Shown here: in pieces, positions 12,109 to 23,107 of the stretch
Layout: every line of letters starts with the position of its first letter
Position numbering within the stretch: the first letter of the stretch is position 1
From: Nitrospinales bacterium
GTDB taxonomy: Bacteria > Nitrospinota > Nitrospinia > Nitrospinales > VA-1
Length of the DNA: 64,000 nt
Direction: 5' to 3'
Assembly: GCA_965262115.1 (NCBI GenBank)
Contig: OZ253496.1
Coordinates: 1,824,001 to 1,888,000, forward strand
Position numbers and translations under genes: made by a program
Notes under the pieces: model-generated
What the model saw: the letters and a program-made list of their open reading frames with translations, nothing else
What the model was told of the DNA's origin: nothing
Database searches by the model: none

Positions 12109-13119
12109 CTAATCCCTGTAAGCGACTCCATGGGTTTCACCATCGGTATCGACTTTCATCGTGAGGCTGAGGTCACTGGCGGAGACGATGGCCAGTTTAT
12201 TTTCATCGCGAATGGCGACGTAGACCGTTTTCCCATCTGAGCTAATGGCTATCATATCCGGACGTTGGCCCAGTGCCGTGGTTTTTGTGATCTTGCGACT
12301 GGCTGTGTCGATCATGGCAATCTGGCCCAGTTTTCGTTGCCCAACGTAGACGGTTTTCCCGTCCGGACTGTGGACCAGCCCATGCGGTTCCCCCGGCACA
12401 TCAATGGAAGCTTCTAACGCGCCAGTGCGTGAGTTCAACAATAATAATTTATTATCTGCCGGAGCGGTGAGCCAGAACTGACCCCAGTTTTTAGTCGGTT
12501 TTATGGCCATAGCACCTTTGGCACCTTGCCGGGTTCCGGTGACTTTTTTGGATTTCACATCTACCACCGAAATATTCCCCGCCCCAGCGTTGACCACATA
12601 CAACGTGTTTCCATCGGGAGAAAATACAGCAGTGATGGCTTTCTTATCCGTCGCCATGGTGTGAACGGCTTTCTTTGAGGCGACATCGATGAAGGTGATG
12701 TTGCCCGCCCCCACGTTGCAGGAGACAGCAGTCTTACCATCGGGGGAAACAGCGACATCGTGGGCTTTGGTGTCTGTCACGATATCGGCCAAAATCTCTT
12801 TCAACACTGCGTCTATCACAGTGATGCTGTTGGTACCCAGGTTAGCGATGTAGGCCAGCTTGCCATCCGGGCTGAAGGTAACATTGTGTGCCCCGGCACC
12901 TGTGGCTATGGTCTTGACGACTTTGTTGGAACTGGTATCTATGATCTGAACATTAGCGCCTTTCATATTGGCGACCCACACTTCACCCGCCATTCCCGGC
13001 ATCGCCACCGAAAGGAACAGAACCGTAAAAATGGCAACCCCTAACCACGACTGCCGTCTTTGCTGAAACTTACTTTTTAATTTCCTGCCACTAGAATGGA
13101 TCTTTTTATCTCCGCACAT
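12109..13119 (-). CDS. Secreted YVTN/YncE-type beta-propeller protein
   Basis: Repeated (P/A)HxVxxSPDGKxxYV blades; hydrophobic signal segment; GGAGG RBS before ATG 13119. Confidence 0.85.
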   Translation of the reverse strand: MCGDKKIHSSGRKLKSKFQQRRQSWLGVAIFTVLFLSVAMPGMAGEVWVANMKGANVQIIDTSSNKVVKTIATGAGAHNVTFSPDGKLAYIANLGTNSITVIDAVLKEILADIVTDTKAHDVAVSPDGKTAVSCNVGAGNITFIDVASKKAVHTMATDKKAITAVFSPDGNTLYVVNAGAGNISVVDVKSKKVTGTRQGAKGAMAIKPTKNWGQFWLTAPADNKLLLLNSRTGALEASIDVPGEPHGLVHSPDGKTVYVGQRKLGQIAMIDTASRKITKTTALGQRPDMIAISSDGKTVYVAIRDENKLAIVSASDLSLTMKVDTDGETHGVAYRD

Positions 13120-13376
13120 ATTTGCCTCCAGAGAAAATAGATGGTGGATGAATTGCGTATCGTTTCTGTTGCGCTTAAAACTGTATTGAACACCTTTATA
13201 GTTAGAGTTGCAAGGCAAGAAATAGGATTCAAACTCTCTGATAAAGATAGAGGGGTAAAAGCGTACCCTTATTGAATTTATTGGGGGAAAAGGTTCTTCA
13301 TGCGCTCAAACCGTGTGGGTGGCTTGACGGGCAATTACCCACTACCACAGCCACTTGGCTGCCTGCGGCTCACCGG

Positions 13377-14069
13377 TTAGTGCGTGTTCAGATTCTGGCC
13401 GTCTCTTAATTTGTTGAGGACAGCGGTCATATGGTCGTAACCCATCTGATTTTCGAGGGCGGAGAAGGTCTCGCGGGCGCGGGTATACCAAAGGATGGCT
13501 TCGGGAATATTTTCTTCTTTCTTCCAGTAGATGCGCCCCATATTCTCGAACAGGACTGCCTGAATCTGATGCGGAGGAACATCTTGCACCAGTTCCACGC
13601 CTTTTTTATACCAGTCCCCGGCTGGAGCATGCTCGCCACGCTCCATGAACAAGTCACCAGCACGGTTCATGGCCCGGGCCTCACCCAATGGATTATTGAT
13701 TTTATGGTGGTAGTTCATGGCGAGGATGTATTGCACCTCGGCTTCCTGAATTCTTGTGCGAAACTTATACAGATCGCCTAAAGACTCATAAATCTTCGCG
13801 GCTTTTTTCAGTTGGTTTTCTTTTTCATAGGCGGTGATGGCCTTGCCATAGTTCTCGATGGCGTGGTCAAACTCGTGGTAGAAAAAATTTTCCGATGCCT
13901 GTTGCAGGTATCGCCCGGCCTCGTCTTTGGCATCTATCGGGGTGGTGATGGACACGGACTCATCTCTTTGCTTTTTCCCGTGCGGCAGGAGCCAAACAGC
14001 AAACCCCATCGTCAACGTCACCACAACAATGAGGAAATATTTCAGCGCTGGTTTGAGGAAAGATTCCAT
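13377..14069 (-). CDS. Membrane-anchored TPR-like protein
   Basis: N-terminal TM followed by A..Y..LG..Y helical repeats. Confidence 0.75.
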   Translation of the reverse strand: MESFLKPALKYFLIVVVTLTMGFAVWLLPHGKKQRDESVSITTPIDAKDEAGRYLQQASENFFYHEFDHAIENYGKAITAYEKENQLKKAAKIYESLGDLYKFRTRIQEAEVQYILAMNYHHKINNPLGEARAMNRAGDLFMERGEHAPAGDWYKKGVELVQDVPPHQIQAVLFENMGRIYWKKEENIPEAILWYTRARETFSALENQMGYDHMTAVLNKLRDGQNLNTH

Positions 14070-14168
14070 TAAAGATACCTGATGAATGGGGAAGCAAGTT
14101 TCATCAGGTTAACATGAAATAGGGCTAGATTGACCCGGGAAGAATATCAGGCCTGCGAGGGTCCCCTG

Positions 14169-14519
14169 CTAATTCCCTGCTATGGGTTGCAGCAGAACTT
14201 CATGAATTTTTTGGTCAAAGGTTTCGGCGTCGAACGGCTTGACCAGATAATGACAAATACCCAGTTTCGACGCGTCCTCCATTTTTTCTTTACAATCTTC
14301 CATAGTAATCATGATGAAAGGAATGTCTTTCAGGTCTGGGTCGGTCTGCATTCCACAAAATAATTCCAGTCCGTTCAAATTAGGCATGTACCGGTCAGAA
14401 ATAATCAGTTGCATTTTGGCTGAACGCAATGTGGCCAGAGCTTGCTCACCGTCCTCAGCCTCAAAAATATTTTTGACCTCTAACCGCCCTAAATGATGCC
14501 GGATGATCCTCCTCGCAAA
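14169..14519 (-). pseudogene. CheY-like receiver domain remnant lacking its N-terminus
   Basis: EAEDGEQAL..IISDRYMPNLNGLEL..IPFIMIT..YLVKPF; first beta-strand/acidic pair not found. Confidence 0.65.
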
Positions 14520-14807
14520 GGAAAATATTGGTAACGCGATATTTCCAGGGGGCTAACTGATGATTTGTTAGTGTTTTACATACATTTTTTTATTGTTTTT
14601 TTGGACTACTTTTGAGGTTTATTTTGACTATTGGAGATTGCACCGGTTGAGTATAGAATACATCCGCCTTTCATCCGGAGTGTTGTTCCGCGCTTTGTTT
14701 GGAAACCTCCAGCTTGTTTGGAGGTCATCGCAACCGAAAACAATCGACTCGCTTTCCTGAAAAATGTCCTGTCCCGAGACAAACTTCATCAGAGGGGAAT
14801 TAAATTC

Positions 14808-17339
14808 GTGTTGAGTTTATTTGCCAACGTCTATAAGAAATGGGTGATCGAAAAACCCCTCGCCAGCCTGATATTGGTTTTGCTGGTGGTGGGTTATTTT
14901 TCTTATCATATCCCAAACTTCAAGCTCGATGCCTCCGCTGAATCCCTGGTTCTGGAAAACGATGACTCCCTGCAATATTACCGGACGATCAGCAAATCTT
15001 ATGGTTCTGATGATTTCCTAATCATCACTTACGCACCTTTCAAGGATTTGATGTCCGATGCAGTGCTGGCAGATTTAAAATCGATGAGCGATGAGCTTGC
15101 CAAACTGGACCGGGTTCACTCTACAGACAACATCCTCAATGTTCCCCTGCTGAACAGCCCACGTGTTGAAATATCCAAACTGGCTACCGATATCCGCACT
15201 TTGGAAACTGCCGGTGTAGACCGGGAAATGGCCCGCAAAGAATTTCTGGAAAGTCCCATTTACAAAAACCTATTATTAAGTCCGGATGGGAAGGTCACGA
15301 TTATCCGTGTCAATTTCGAACGCGACGAAAAATACTTTTCCCTGATGTATCGGCGCAATGACCTACGCGACAAAAAAAAGGAGTCTGGCCTCGACAAGGA
15401 AGAAGAGGCCTTATACATCAAAACCCGTCAAGAGTTCCGCGATTATCACGCCCAGGTGCTGGACAGTGAAGACCGGCTCATAAGATCCGTTCGGGACATC
15501 ATGGACCGGCACCGCGATCAGGCAGAGATGTTTCTTGGCGGGATCCCTATGATCACTACGGATATGATCGGCTTCATCGAACACGACCTGAAAACTTTCG
15601 GTCTGGGTGTCATAGCCTTCCTTATCCTGATGCTCAGCCTGTTTTTTAAGAAAAAACGATGGGTTGTATTGCCTATGAGTTGTTGCCTCATAGCCATCTT
15701 GGTGATGGTAGGCTTTTTGGGATTAATGGATTGGAGGGTCACGGTGATTTCTTCTAATTTCATTTCTATTCTGCTTATCATCACCATGTCCCTGACCGTA
15801 CACTTGATCGTGAGGTATCAGGGTTTAAACGATAACAACCCGGGCCAAAGCCAGAAAGAGCTGGTATGGCAGACGGTTCGTCTCATGGTTCAGCCCTGTT
15901 TTTATACTGCCATCACAACCATCGTCGCTTTTTGTTCCCTCCTGGTGAGCGGCATTCGCCCGGTGATCGATTTCGGCTGGATCATGACCAGCGGAATTTC
16001 ACTGGCCTTTATCTTAATTTTTATATTTTTTCCGGCGGCGCTGGTTTTATTGCCTCCTGAGCCTCCCGGGTCCGGCAAGGACAGAACAAAAAGTTTCACT
16101 CTGTCTATTGCGGCATTTTCAAATCGCAACCGCAATGCAATTCTTTTTGGATCGTTGTTACTGGCAATGGTTAGCGCTATCGGGATTTCCAAACTGGAAG
16201 TGGAAAACCGTTTCATCGACCATTTTAAAAGCAACACCGAAATCTATCGGGGAATGGAAGTGATCGACCAGCAGTTGGGAGGCACCACGCCGCTCGACAT
16301 TGTTATGAATCCAGACCAGAAGTATTTTGATTATCTCAAAGAAGCCAATGAGAAGAATAGAGAGGAAGAAGACATTTTTGATGGTGATCCTTTCGCCGAA
16401 GCATCGGAGGAAGTGGAAAACAATTATTGGTTCAACTCCAATATGCTCGACCGGGTAGAAAAAATTCATGACTACCTGGAAAGCCTGCCGGAGGTGGGCA
16501 AAGTCCAATCCATATCCACTCTGGTCAAAGTCTTCACGCAACTGGACAAGGGCAGGAAGCCAGACGATTATGATCTGGCGCTGATCCGCAAACTCATGCC
16601 TGATAATGTTAAGGATTCTCTGGTCAACCCTTACCTGTCTCCAGATGCAAACCAGATTCATATCAATATGAGGTTGATCGAATCTGACCCCACCCTGAGA
16701 CGTTCTCAACTGATAGAAAAAATCCGCACCCATCTTGTTGAAGAATTAAAGTTCGATCCCAAGACCATCCATTTCACAGGGATGGTGGTGCTTTATAACA
16801 ATATGCTGCAGAGCCTGTATCGGTCACAGATACTCACCATCGGCGTGGTTTTTTTCGCCATCATGTTCATGTTCATGATTTTGTTCAGAAGTGTGTCATT
16901 GGCGTTGATCGGCATCGTTCCCAACCTTCTTGCCGCAGGAACGGTATTGAGCCTCATGGGCTGGCTGGGCATTCCCCTGGACATGATGACAATTACTATC
17001 GCGGCCATCACGTTAGGAATAGCAGTAGACAATACCATTCATTACATCCACCGGTTTCAAAGGGAATTTAAGGTTGACCAGAATTATCTGGCCGCGATGG
17101 ACCGGTGCCACGGCAGCATCGGCAAAGCCATGTACTACACCTCCGTGACCATTACCCTTGGTTTTTCTATCCTGGCGCTTTCGGAGTTCATGCCCACCAT
17201 CTATTTCGGCCTGCTGACCGGCACAGCGATGGTGGTGGCCCTGATCGGCGCTCTCACCCTGCTGCCACTTTTGATTGTTGTCTTCCGCCCCCTCGGCTCC
17301 TCGGCGGGAGGGCCAATGAGCATGGGCTCGTTTGTTTAG
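14808..17339 (+). CDS. MMPL/RND-superfamily transporter
   Basis: Two 1+5 TM repeats with large loops; GIAVDNTIH motif; GTG start after GAGGGG. Confidence 0.88.
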   Translation: MLSLFANVYKKWVIEKPLASLILVLLVVGYFSYHIPNFKLDASAESLVLENDDSLQYYRTISKSYGSDDFLIITYAPFKDLMSDAVLADLKSMSDELAKLDRVHSTDNILNVPLLNSPRVEISKLATDIRTLETAGVDREMARKEFLESPIYKNLLLSPDGKVTIIRVNFERDEKYFSLMYRRNDLRDKKKESGLDKEEEALYIKTRQEFRDYHAQVLDSEDRLIRSVRDIMDRHRDQAEMFLGGIPMITTDMIGFIEHDLKTFGLGVIAFLILMLSLFFKKKRWVVLPMSCCLIAILVMVGFLGLMDWRVTVISSNFISILLIITMSLTVHLIVRYQGLNDNNPGQSQKELVWQTVRLMVQPCFYTAITTIVAFCSLLVSGIRPVIDFGWIMTSGISLAFILIFIFFPAALVLLPPEPPGSGKDRTKSFTLSIAAFSNRNRNAILFGSLLLAMVSAIGISKLEVENRFIDHFKSNTEIYRGMEVIDQQLGGTTPLDIVMNPDQKYFDYLKEANEKNREEEDIFDGDPFAEASEEVENNYWFNSNMLDRVEKIHDYLESLPEVGKVQSISTLVKVFTQLDKGRKPDDYDLALIRKLMPDNVKDSLVNPYLSPDANQIHINMRLIESDPTLRRSQLIEKIRTHLVEELKFDPKTIHFTGMVVLYNNMLQSLYRSQILTIGVVFFAIMFMFMILFRSVSLALIGIVPNLLAAGTVLSLMGWLGIPLDMMTITIAAITLGIAVDNTIHYIHRFQREFKVDQNYLAAMDRCHGSIGKAMYYTSVTITLGFSILALSEFMPTIYFGLLTGTAMVVALIGALTLLPLLIVVFRPLGSSAGGPMSMGSFV

Positions 17340-17644
17340 ACGAGATGACTTTTCTCTAGCTAAACAAAGTTATTGCCAGCTACCCCCACGGTTAGTGGCC
17401 GGGCGACGCCCGGTGGAAATTAGCAACCGCTAGGCGTGGGGGCTGATCCCCCTCCAAAAACTTCATGCCTCGGAGGGGTACTTCGTAAAAGGGGGATTCA
17501 TGGACCCCTCTTTTTTAAAGACTCAAGCCCGATAGTGTGAGGGCTTGATGGCTGGGGTGATTTACAACCTCTCATGCAATATGTGGGCTTGCAGAACGCT
17601 ACATCAGTAGTTGGAAGGGGATCATCCTCAGCTGGGTACTATGT

Positions 17645-18097
17645 TCACGTCTTTAGCACAATATCCCTAACATCATCGACTGACCAATTAGAAGCTCCCG
17701 GTAGCTCTTGGGCAAGTAAAATAAATATCAACATATAAAGATGGCTGCGCAAATACTCTCCTTCGTTGTTCCCAAATACTTGAGCCTCTTCAAATAAAAT
17801 TTTTATATATTCGAGAATTTTTAAGAAATCAAAATTCAGAAATTGATTCGATTCAATCTCGCTAGAATCAAAGATGGCTTTAGCCTTGTCTTCACAAGAC
17901 AAACCATATCTTATAGATAAATTATGGAATCTAGTTATACTTTCCGATCCAAGCTCAGATTCTACAAGTTCTTGACGAATTTCAACGGCATTTCTAAGAG
18001 AATGTACCCCTCTTCTAGTTTCCCATGTCTTTTCAAATTCCATCAGATTTTCGGCAAACCCATCAAATGTCTTATCCAATTTCATAATGTTCTCCAA
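17645..18097 (-). CDS. Hypothetical protein (AT-rich)
   Basis: 150-aa ORF directly downstream of 18110-18544; no recognised motif. Confidence 0.55.
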   Translation of the reverse strand: MENIMKLDKTFDGFAENLMEFEKTWETRRGVHSLRNAVEIRQELVESELGSESITRFHNLSIRYGLSCEDKAKAIFDSSEIESNQFLNFDFLKILEYIKILFEEAQVFGNNEGEYLRSHLYMLIFILLAQELPGASNWSVDDVRDIVLKT

Positions 18098-18109
18098 ATA
18101 CGGTATCTT

Positions 18110-18544
18110 CTATTCAGCAACTCTTAATTTGTCTGACAAAATCCATTCTTGATCATTTGGTCGTTTGATATAGATATCTCTCCATGCATTTCGGCTTGTT
18201 CCCGTAACCAAACGGGTAAACTCGCTGGGACTAACTTCCTTCCCATCAAAAATAATTTGATTCCCCTGAACTGCAGCATAATACGTCTCCCCTGTATATT
18301 TCATGCTCAATAATGTTCCGTTTGGCATGAACACATTTTTCCAATGATAACCTTTGTCGGCTTGCCTTGGTCTGGCCGGTTCTAGCAACTCTTCCTTCCA
18401 TGAAGCATTTTGTACCCAATAATCAATAGCAAACTCTATTGCTTCTACTGGATCGTACTCACTCTTCTCCTCATGTAAAAATTCGGCTAGATTTAAAAAC
18501 TGTGACGTTTCAATTGGAATGCTGATAAAGCTTTTTGTATTCAT
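18110..18544 (-). CDS. Hypothetical protein, possible RAMA/DUF4357-like DNA-binding C-terminus
   Basis: G.IIFDG...SPSEF....GTSRNAW pattern; RBS present. Confidence 0.55.
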   Translation of the reverse strand: MNTKSFISIPIETSQFLNLAEFLHEEKSEYDPVEAIEFAIDYWVQNASWKEELLEPARPRQADKGYHWKNVFMPNGTLLSMKYTGETYYAAVQGNQIIFDGKEVSPSEFTRLVTGTSRNAWRDIYIKRPNDQEWILSDKLRVAE

Positions 18545-18956
18545 GTGGATCCCCCATAGCCAAGATTATAGTTCTTTCAAGAGTATAACAGTATATTTAC
18601 GTGTATCAATGCTAAAAATTAAGTATTTAGACTATTTATTGCTATTTATGTGGAAGATGTTCCCAAACTGGTACTAAAGTGCGGTATTACCAGGTAAGTG
18701 AGGCGAGGCCTGCCCCTTCGATGTGACTTGAGGGGGATTTTATTAAAAGCAACCCCCCTGGTTACCCCTCCGGAGCACGAAGATTAAGGAAAAATATCAC
18801 GACCGCTCAGCATGACAATTCAACCCCCCTCAGTCCCCCCTTATCATGGGGGGAGGCTTTTTTCACTGCGTCCAGCGTCACGCTGGTAGCCACATGCCTT
18901 ATGAGGTGAAAAACAAACTTAACTGATTATCTTTTACCCAAGGGTTAGTGCGGTTA

Positions 18957-20006
18957 TCAATCCTTTATTCTCTGCACGTAATAGGTTCCGCGTCCTTTGC
19001 TTTTAGTTTCGATGAAGCCTGAATCGAGCAGTTTTTCAAAATCCAGTTTGCGGGAAGCAAGGCTACGAGAGGAAATGACTCCGTATTCGCGTTGCGTGAT
19101 ACTGTCATGCTTGCTGATGTAGTCCAGAATTTGATGATGGTGCGGTTCCAAACGCGGCTGGGGGTTCAGGCTTTCGGGCAGTACTTTCCGTACCCGCCGC
19201 AATTCATCCAAAATACCGTCTGCAAAATATTCCAGCCACTTGGTAAAATCTATCGCCCCCTTTAATTCGTAATAATCGCCCTGAAGCCCGACAGCTTTAA
19301 AATAACGCATGATGTTCTGATTATAATAATTTTCAAAACTGAAGACCCCGAACAGATCCAGACCCGCCCTGCCCAGGATCGCGGTGGTCAGAAGCCGGGT
19401 GGTGCGCCCGTTCCCATCCATAAAGGGATGGATGATGACACTTTGCCGATGAAACAACCCGGCCAGAATTACCGGTTCAACCTTGCCAATCTTTTTATTG
19501 ATAAAATCTATGAGATCAGATGTCAGTTCCCGGACATCTTTTACATCTGGTGGCATGAAAACAATTTCATCCGGTTTGCGTGGGTTGCGGATGATAACGG
19601 GCGTTTTACGCAAATGACCGCAGTCGGCAGGATTATCCATCAAGCCGCTAACGACTTGGGCCTGTACTTTTTCAAGTGTTGCAATATTCAATTTGAATGT
19701 TTTCGACTTCACCGCCTTGTAGAGCCTTTGCAGAGCCTGATTGTAATTGAGCACTTCGCGTTCCGTGTCGCGAATGCGAGTAGTTTTGGCCTTCAGCAGT
19801 CGTTTGACATCGGTGAGAGGCAATGGGTTGCCCTCAATACTGGTGGAGGCGTAAGAAGATAGTTCTCTGGCATTTAGTTCCAACTTGGCCAGTGCTTTGC
19901 CCGTGAAGTTGAAGCTTTTGATCTCGCCAATGGCTTCCCCTATCTCGCGGATGATGAGCAAAAGCTTGTCGGTAATCGTATATTGCGGTGACCAGACCAT
20001 AACCAT
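18957..20006 (-). CDS. Fic family protein with C-terminal winged HTH
   Basis: STSIEGN inhibitory-type motif, HPFMDGNGRTTR catalytic motif, C-terminal ILDYI...IT..EY...GRGTYY. Confidence 0.92.
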   Translation of the reverse strand: MVMVWSPQYTITDKLLLIIREIGEAIGEIKSFNFTGKALAKLELNARELSSYASTSIEGNPLPLTDVKRLLKAKTTRIRDTEREVLNYNQALQRLYKAVKSKTFKLNIATLEKVQAQVVSGLMDNPADCGHLRKTPVIIRNPRKPDEIVFMPPDVKDVRELTSDLIDFINKKIGKVEPVILAGLFHRQSVIIHPFMDGNGRTTRLLTTAILGRAGLDLFGVFSFENYYNQNIMRYFKAVGLQGDYYELKGAIDFTKWLEYFADGILDELRRVRKVLPESLNPQPRLEPHHHQILDYISKHDSITQREYGVISSRSLASRKLDFEKLLDSGFIETKSKGRGTYYVQRIKD

Positions 20007-20010
20007 AAGT

Positions 20011-20093
20011 TAGCCGTAAATTAGCCAAAAAGCAACGGCTAAAATCACACTTGGCTAATAAATGACTAGCCGCAATATAGCCATAATTTAGCC
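20011..20093. promoter_or_regulatory. Phased TAGCC/GGCTA repeats, candidate Fic-HTH operator
   Basis: TAGCC at 20011, 20022, 20067, 20078, 20089 (11-bp steps within each group); GGCTA at 20037, 20053. Confidence 0.5.
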
Positions 20094-20172
20094 GATTAAC
20101 CCATCCTCGCGGCAGGGGGGCAACGAGCAATAACCCCCTCAAGCCGAGACAAACATTTCTAGCAAATAAAAG

Positions 20173-21180
20173 CTATTGCTCACTGGCCCTCACGTCCAGT
20201 GGGCGGGAGACAAAACGGAAGGGAAGCACCTGGTCTCCCCTTGAGGTGAGTGCTTCTATTATGGATTGTTTTTTAGCCGGAGGCACGAGGAAGGCTATAC
20301 ACCCGCCGCCGCCCGCACCACAAACCTTGCCCACCAACGCTCCCATTTTCAGGGCAGATCGAATCAGCCGGTCCATCTCGGGAGTGGTGATGTTGGGAGC
20401 CAACTGTTTTCGGGCTTTCCATTCCTTTGCAAAAATCGGGGCCAGACTTTTAAGTTGTCCCCGGCTCAATGCCTGTTCCATTTTCAGAGCGCAATCGCGA
20501 ATGGACTTCAGGTGACGGATCACTGCCCGGTTCCCATCCACCGCTTTTTTTGTGACCTCCCAATTATTGATCCCCGAGTTTCGCGGTTTGCCGGTATAAC
20601 ACAGCACAAAATGCCGGGTCAGTTCAGCAGGGCTGATGGCAAACTTTTCGGTCTCGGTGCCTTGGACTCCGGGAACGACTTTTCGAACTCCTCCATACAT
20701 TGCCGGAAAATAATCCTGGCATCCTGCGGGAACCTTAATGACCTGGGTTTCGATATTTTTGGCTATTTCAATCATCTCGGTCTTACGGTAACGTCGACCG
20801 GTAAAACGGTTGAGCGCCCCATGCAGAGCAATGTTCAAAGCGGAAGAACCGCCAATGCCCGAGCCCTGCGGAGCCTGACAGTCTGTCAATATTTCCAGCC
20901 CCGATTTTGGCGCGTAGAACTTCAACGTGCGCACAATAAGTTCTAAAGGGTGATTGTCTGGAAGCGCATTCAGCGAGGGAAAATTGTCGCTCAAACCCAA
21001 ATCGCGTGAGGTCAGAAAAATCCGTTTGTCTTTTCGGAGAATGATTTCAACCGTGGCATAAAGATCAATCGCCGCGTTGAGGGTAGGGGGATTATCAAAA
21101 AGCAGGTGCAAAGGCCAGATATCCAGCGTGCCCCCGGCCAGATCAATGCGGGTCGGGGCAGAGCTTTTAATGCGGAGCAC
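20173..21180 (-). CDS. GHMP kinase (HddA-like sugar-phosphate kinase)
   Basis: APTRIDLAGGTLD, PQGSGIGGSSA and KVCGAGGGG motifs. Confidence 0.88.
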   Translation of the reverse strand: MLRIKSSAPTRIDLAGGTLDIWPLHLLFDNPPTLNAAIDLYATVEIILRKDKRIFLTSRDLGLSDNFPSLNALPDNHPLELIVRTLKFYAPKSGLEILTDCQAPQGSGIGGSSALNIALHGALNRFTGRRYRKTEMIEIAKNIETQVIKVPAGCQDYFPAMYGGVRKVVPGVQGTETEKFAISPAELTRHFVLCYTGKPRNSGINNWEVTKKAVDGNRAVIRHLKSIRDCALKMEQALSRGQLKSLAPIFAKEWKARKQLAPNITTPEMDRLIRSALKMGALVGKVCGAGGGGCIAFLVPPAKKQSIIEALTSRGDQVLPFRFVSRPLDVRASEQ

Positions 21181-21194
21181 CTGACCCAGGTCTC

Positions 21195-21827
21195 TCAGAG
21201 GTTTTCTGAATCTGTATTTGTTCTGGATTCAAGTTCGTCGATCTTTTTGCTCAGTTTACTGACCAGAGCCGCGTAGGATTCGGTACTGATTATTTTGGAG
21301 AACTGGGACCTGTAATTTCGAATCAGGCTAACCCCTTCTATCACAAAGTCGTAGACCAGCCATTCACCATTACTCTTGAGCATTTTATAATCAACATCAA
21401 TCACCCCATCCTTGCGAACAATCTGGGTTTTGACCAGGGCATATTTCCCCTTAACCTGTTCGTCCACATAATTAATGGTCTCATCCCGATAATTCTCAAT
21501 TTTGCTGGCGTAGGAGTTTTCAAGTAATCTTTTAAAAAGTCCGGTGAACTCTTTGCGTTCGGCATCGCTCCGGTCGTTATAATTCTTGGCCAGAGAGCGC
21601 ATCACCATCTGCTTATAATTGAAACGCAAGCCAATCACCTGGTGCAGTTTTTTCCTTCTTAGGACCGGATCTTTCTGGAGGTTTTCGTCAGCAACAATCT
21701 CCAGAACCTGATCGATGGTTCCCTTCACGTCCGCCGTGATTTGTGTTCCCGCAAACACCTGCCCAAAACCCAAAAGCAAAAAAACCGCAATCAACGAATA
21801 AACCCAAGCATATTTTATGTTCATCAA
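21195..21827 (-). CDS. mlaC: MlaC/Ttg2D phospholipid-binding periplasmic protein
   Basis: Signal peptide; WLVYDFVIEGVSLIRNYRSQF motif. Confidence 0.88.
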   Translation of the reverse strand: MMNIKYAWVYSLIAVFLLLGFGQVFAGTQITADVKGTIDQVLEIVADENLQKDPVLRRKKLHQVIGLRFNYKQMVMRSLAKNYNDRSDAERKEFTGLFKRLLENSYASKIENYRDETINYVDEQVKGKYALVKTQIVRKDGVIDVDYKMLKSNGEWLVYDFVIEGVSLIRNYRSQFSKIISTESYAALVSKLSKKIDELESRTNTDSENL

Positions 21828-22145
21828 AAAATCCTCACAGTTAGTTTCACCCCGCCGTTTTGAACAACTCTAACAAATATGGTATTTCGAATCAAGCATC
21901 CAGCCATCCCCACCATTAAGATAATTCCTCACTTATTTTAACCCAGGAAAATGCCGATAAGTCATAGGGGACTCAGGCCCATTTTCACCCGTCGAAGTGC
22001 TAGCGGGGGTGGAAAAACTCCCCGGATCATAACTTATTTAAATTTTAACAAATTCTTTAAAATATTGACAAATTTTGCAGGATTTCATATAGTAGATAAA
22101 TCTCTAAAAGATCAAAAAAACAATAATTTAGAAAGGTATCCCATC

Positions 22146-23105
22146 GTGGGCCATTTCCGTATTCCCCCATTTCTGAAACTATCCCTTGTGCTTTTGGGAC
22201 TCCTGTTTGCCGGGTGTGGCACCGTTGACCTGGAAATTCGCCACGGTAGCACAAATACAGGCTTGCAACCCCGATCGGTAGCCATTTTGCCCTTCACCCT
22301 TGAGGAGCCGACTCATGAAAAAGTTGCTCCTCACGACCTGTTCCGAGACTGTTTTTACAATTATTTCAGTTTTCTCGGTTATGTTGACCTCCCCCTGGAA
22401 ACCATTGACCAAAAATTACTGCAGGCAGGCCTGACCGACAATAAAAAGATTTTAGAGTTGAGCCCTGAAAAGCTTCGGAAAATCCTGGGCGTTGACGCGG
22501 TGATTCGGGGCCGTGTTTTATCCGCCAGCAATTTCACCGGCGGCATTCATGCGGAAACCTCCCTCAAAGCAAAAATTGACATGCTTGATCTGAGAACAGG
22601 AGATGTTCTCTGGGAAACGGAACATAAGGAAATGACCTATTCAGGAATCCTTTCCCCAACGATTATCGAGATCATCCAGAGTCAAATGGACAACGTAAAA
22701 GTAAACCAGGCTTACTTCAAAACAGCCGAGATGTTTTCGATCAACATGATGAAGGAAATTCCCGACCCTGCTGACAGCTGGAAAGAGGAAATTCGCCTGC
22801 CGAAGATCATCAGCATTGAAACCAACTTGAAACCGAGCCTGAAACTGAAACCCGATGACCGGATCTATGTGAACCTGAAAGGCGACCCAGGACTGACCGG
22901 GTACTTCGGTATTGGAAGCTGGAAATCAGACATACCTTTAAAAGAAATCGTGCCCGGACTCTACACCGGAAGCTACACCGTAAAAGCTTCTGATGATGTA
23001 AGCAGTTCTTTGATAATCGGCACTCTGAAAAACAAAAACGGCCTCACTGGAAAAAAGTTCTACAAAGACGGCATGGCCCAGTTTGATCGTTCATCCACAC
23101 ACTAA
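22146..23105 (+). CDS. Lipoprotein, GNA1162/DUF799-like
   Basis: Lipobox FAGC; SVAILPF, LGVDAVIRG, DLRTGDVLW; start uncertain. Confidence 0.7.
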   Translation: MGHFRIPPFLKLSLVLLGLLFAGCGTVDLEIRHGSTNTGLQPRSVAILPFTLEEPTHEKVAPHDLFRDCFYNYFSFLGYVDLPLETIDQKLLQAGLTDNKKILELSPEKLRKILGVDAVIRGRVLSASNFTGGIHAETSLKAKIDMLDLRTGDVLWETEHKEMTYSGILSPTIIEIIQSQMDNVKVNQAYFKTAEMFSINMMKEIPDPADSWKEEIRLPKIISIETNLKPSLKLKPDDRIYVNLKGDPGLTGYFGIGSWKSDIPLKEIVPGLYTGSYTVKASDDVSSSLIIGTLKNKNGLTGKKFYKDGMAQFDRSSTH

Positions 23106-23107
23106 CT

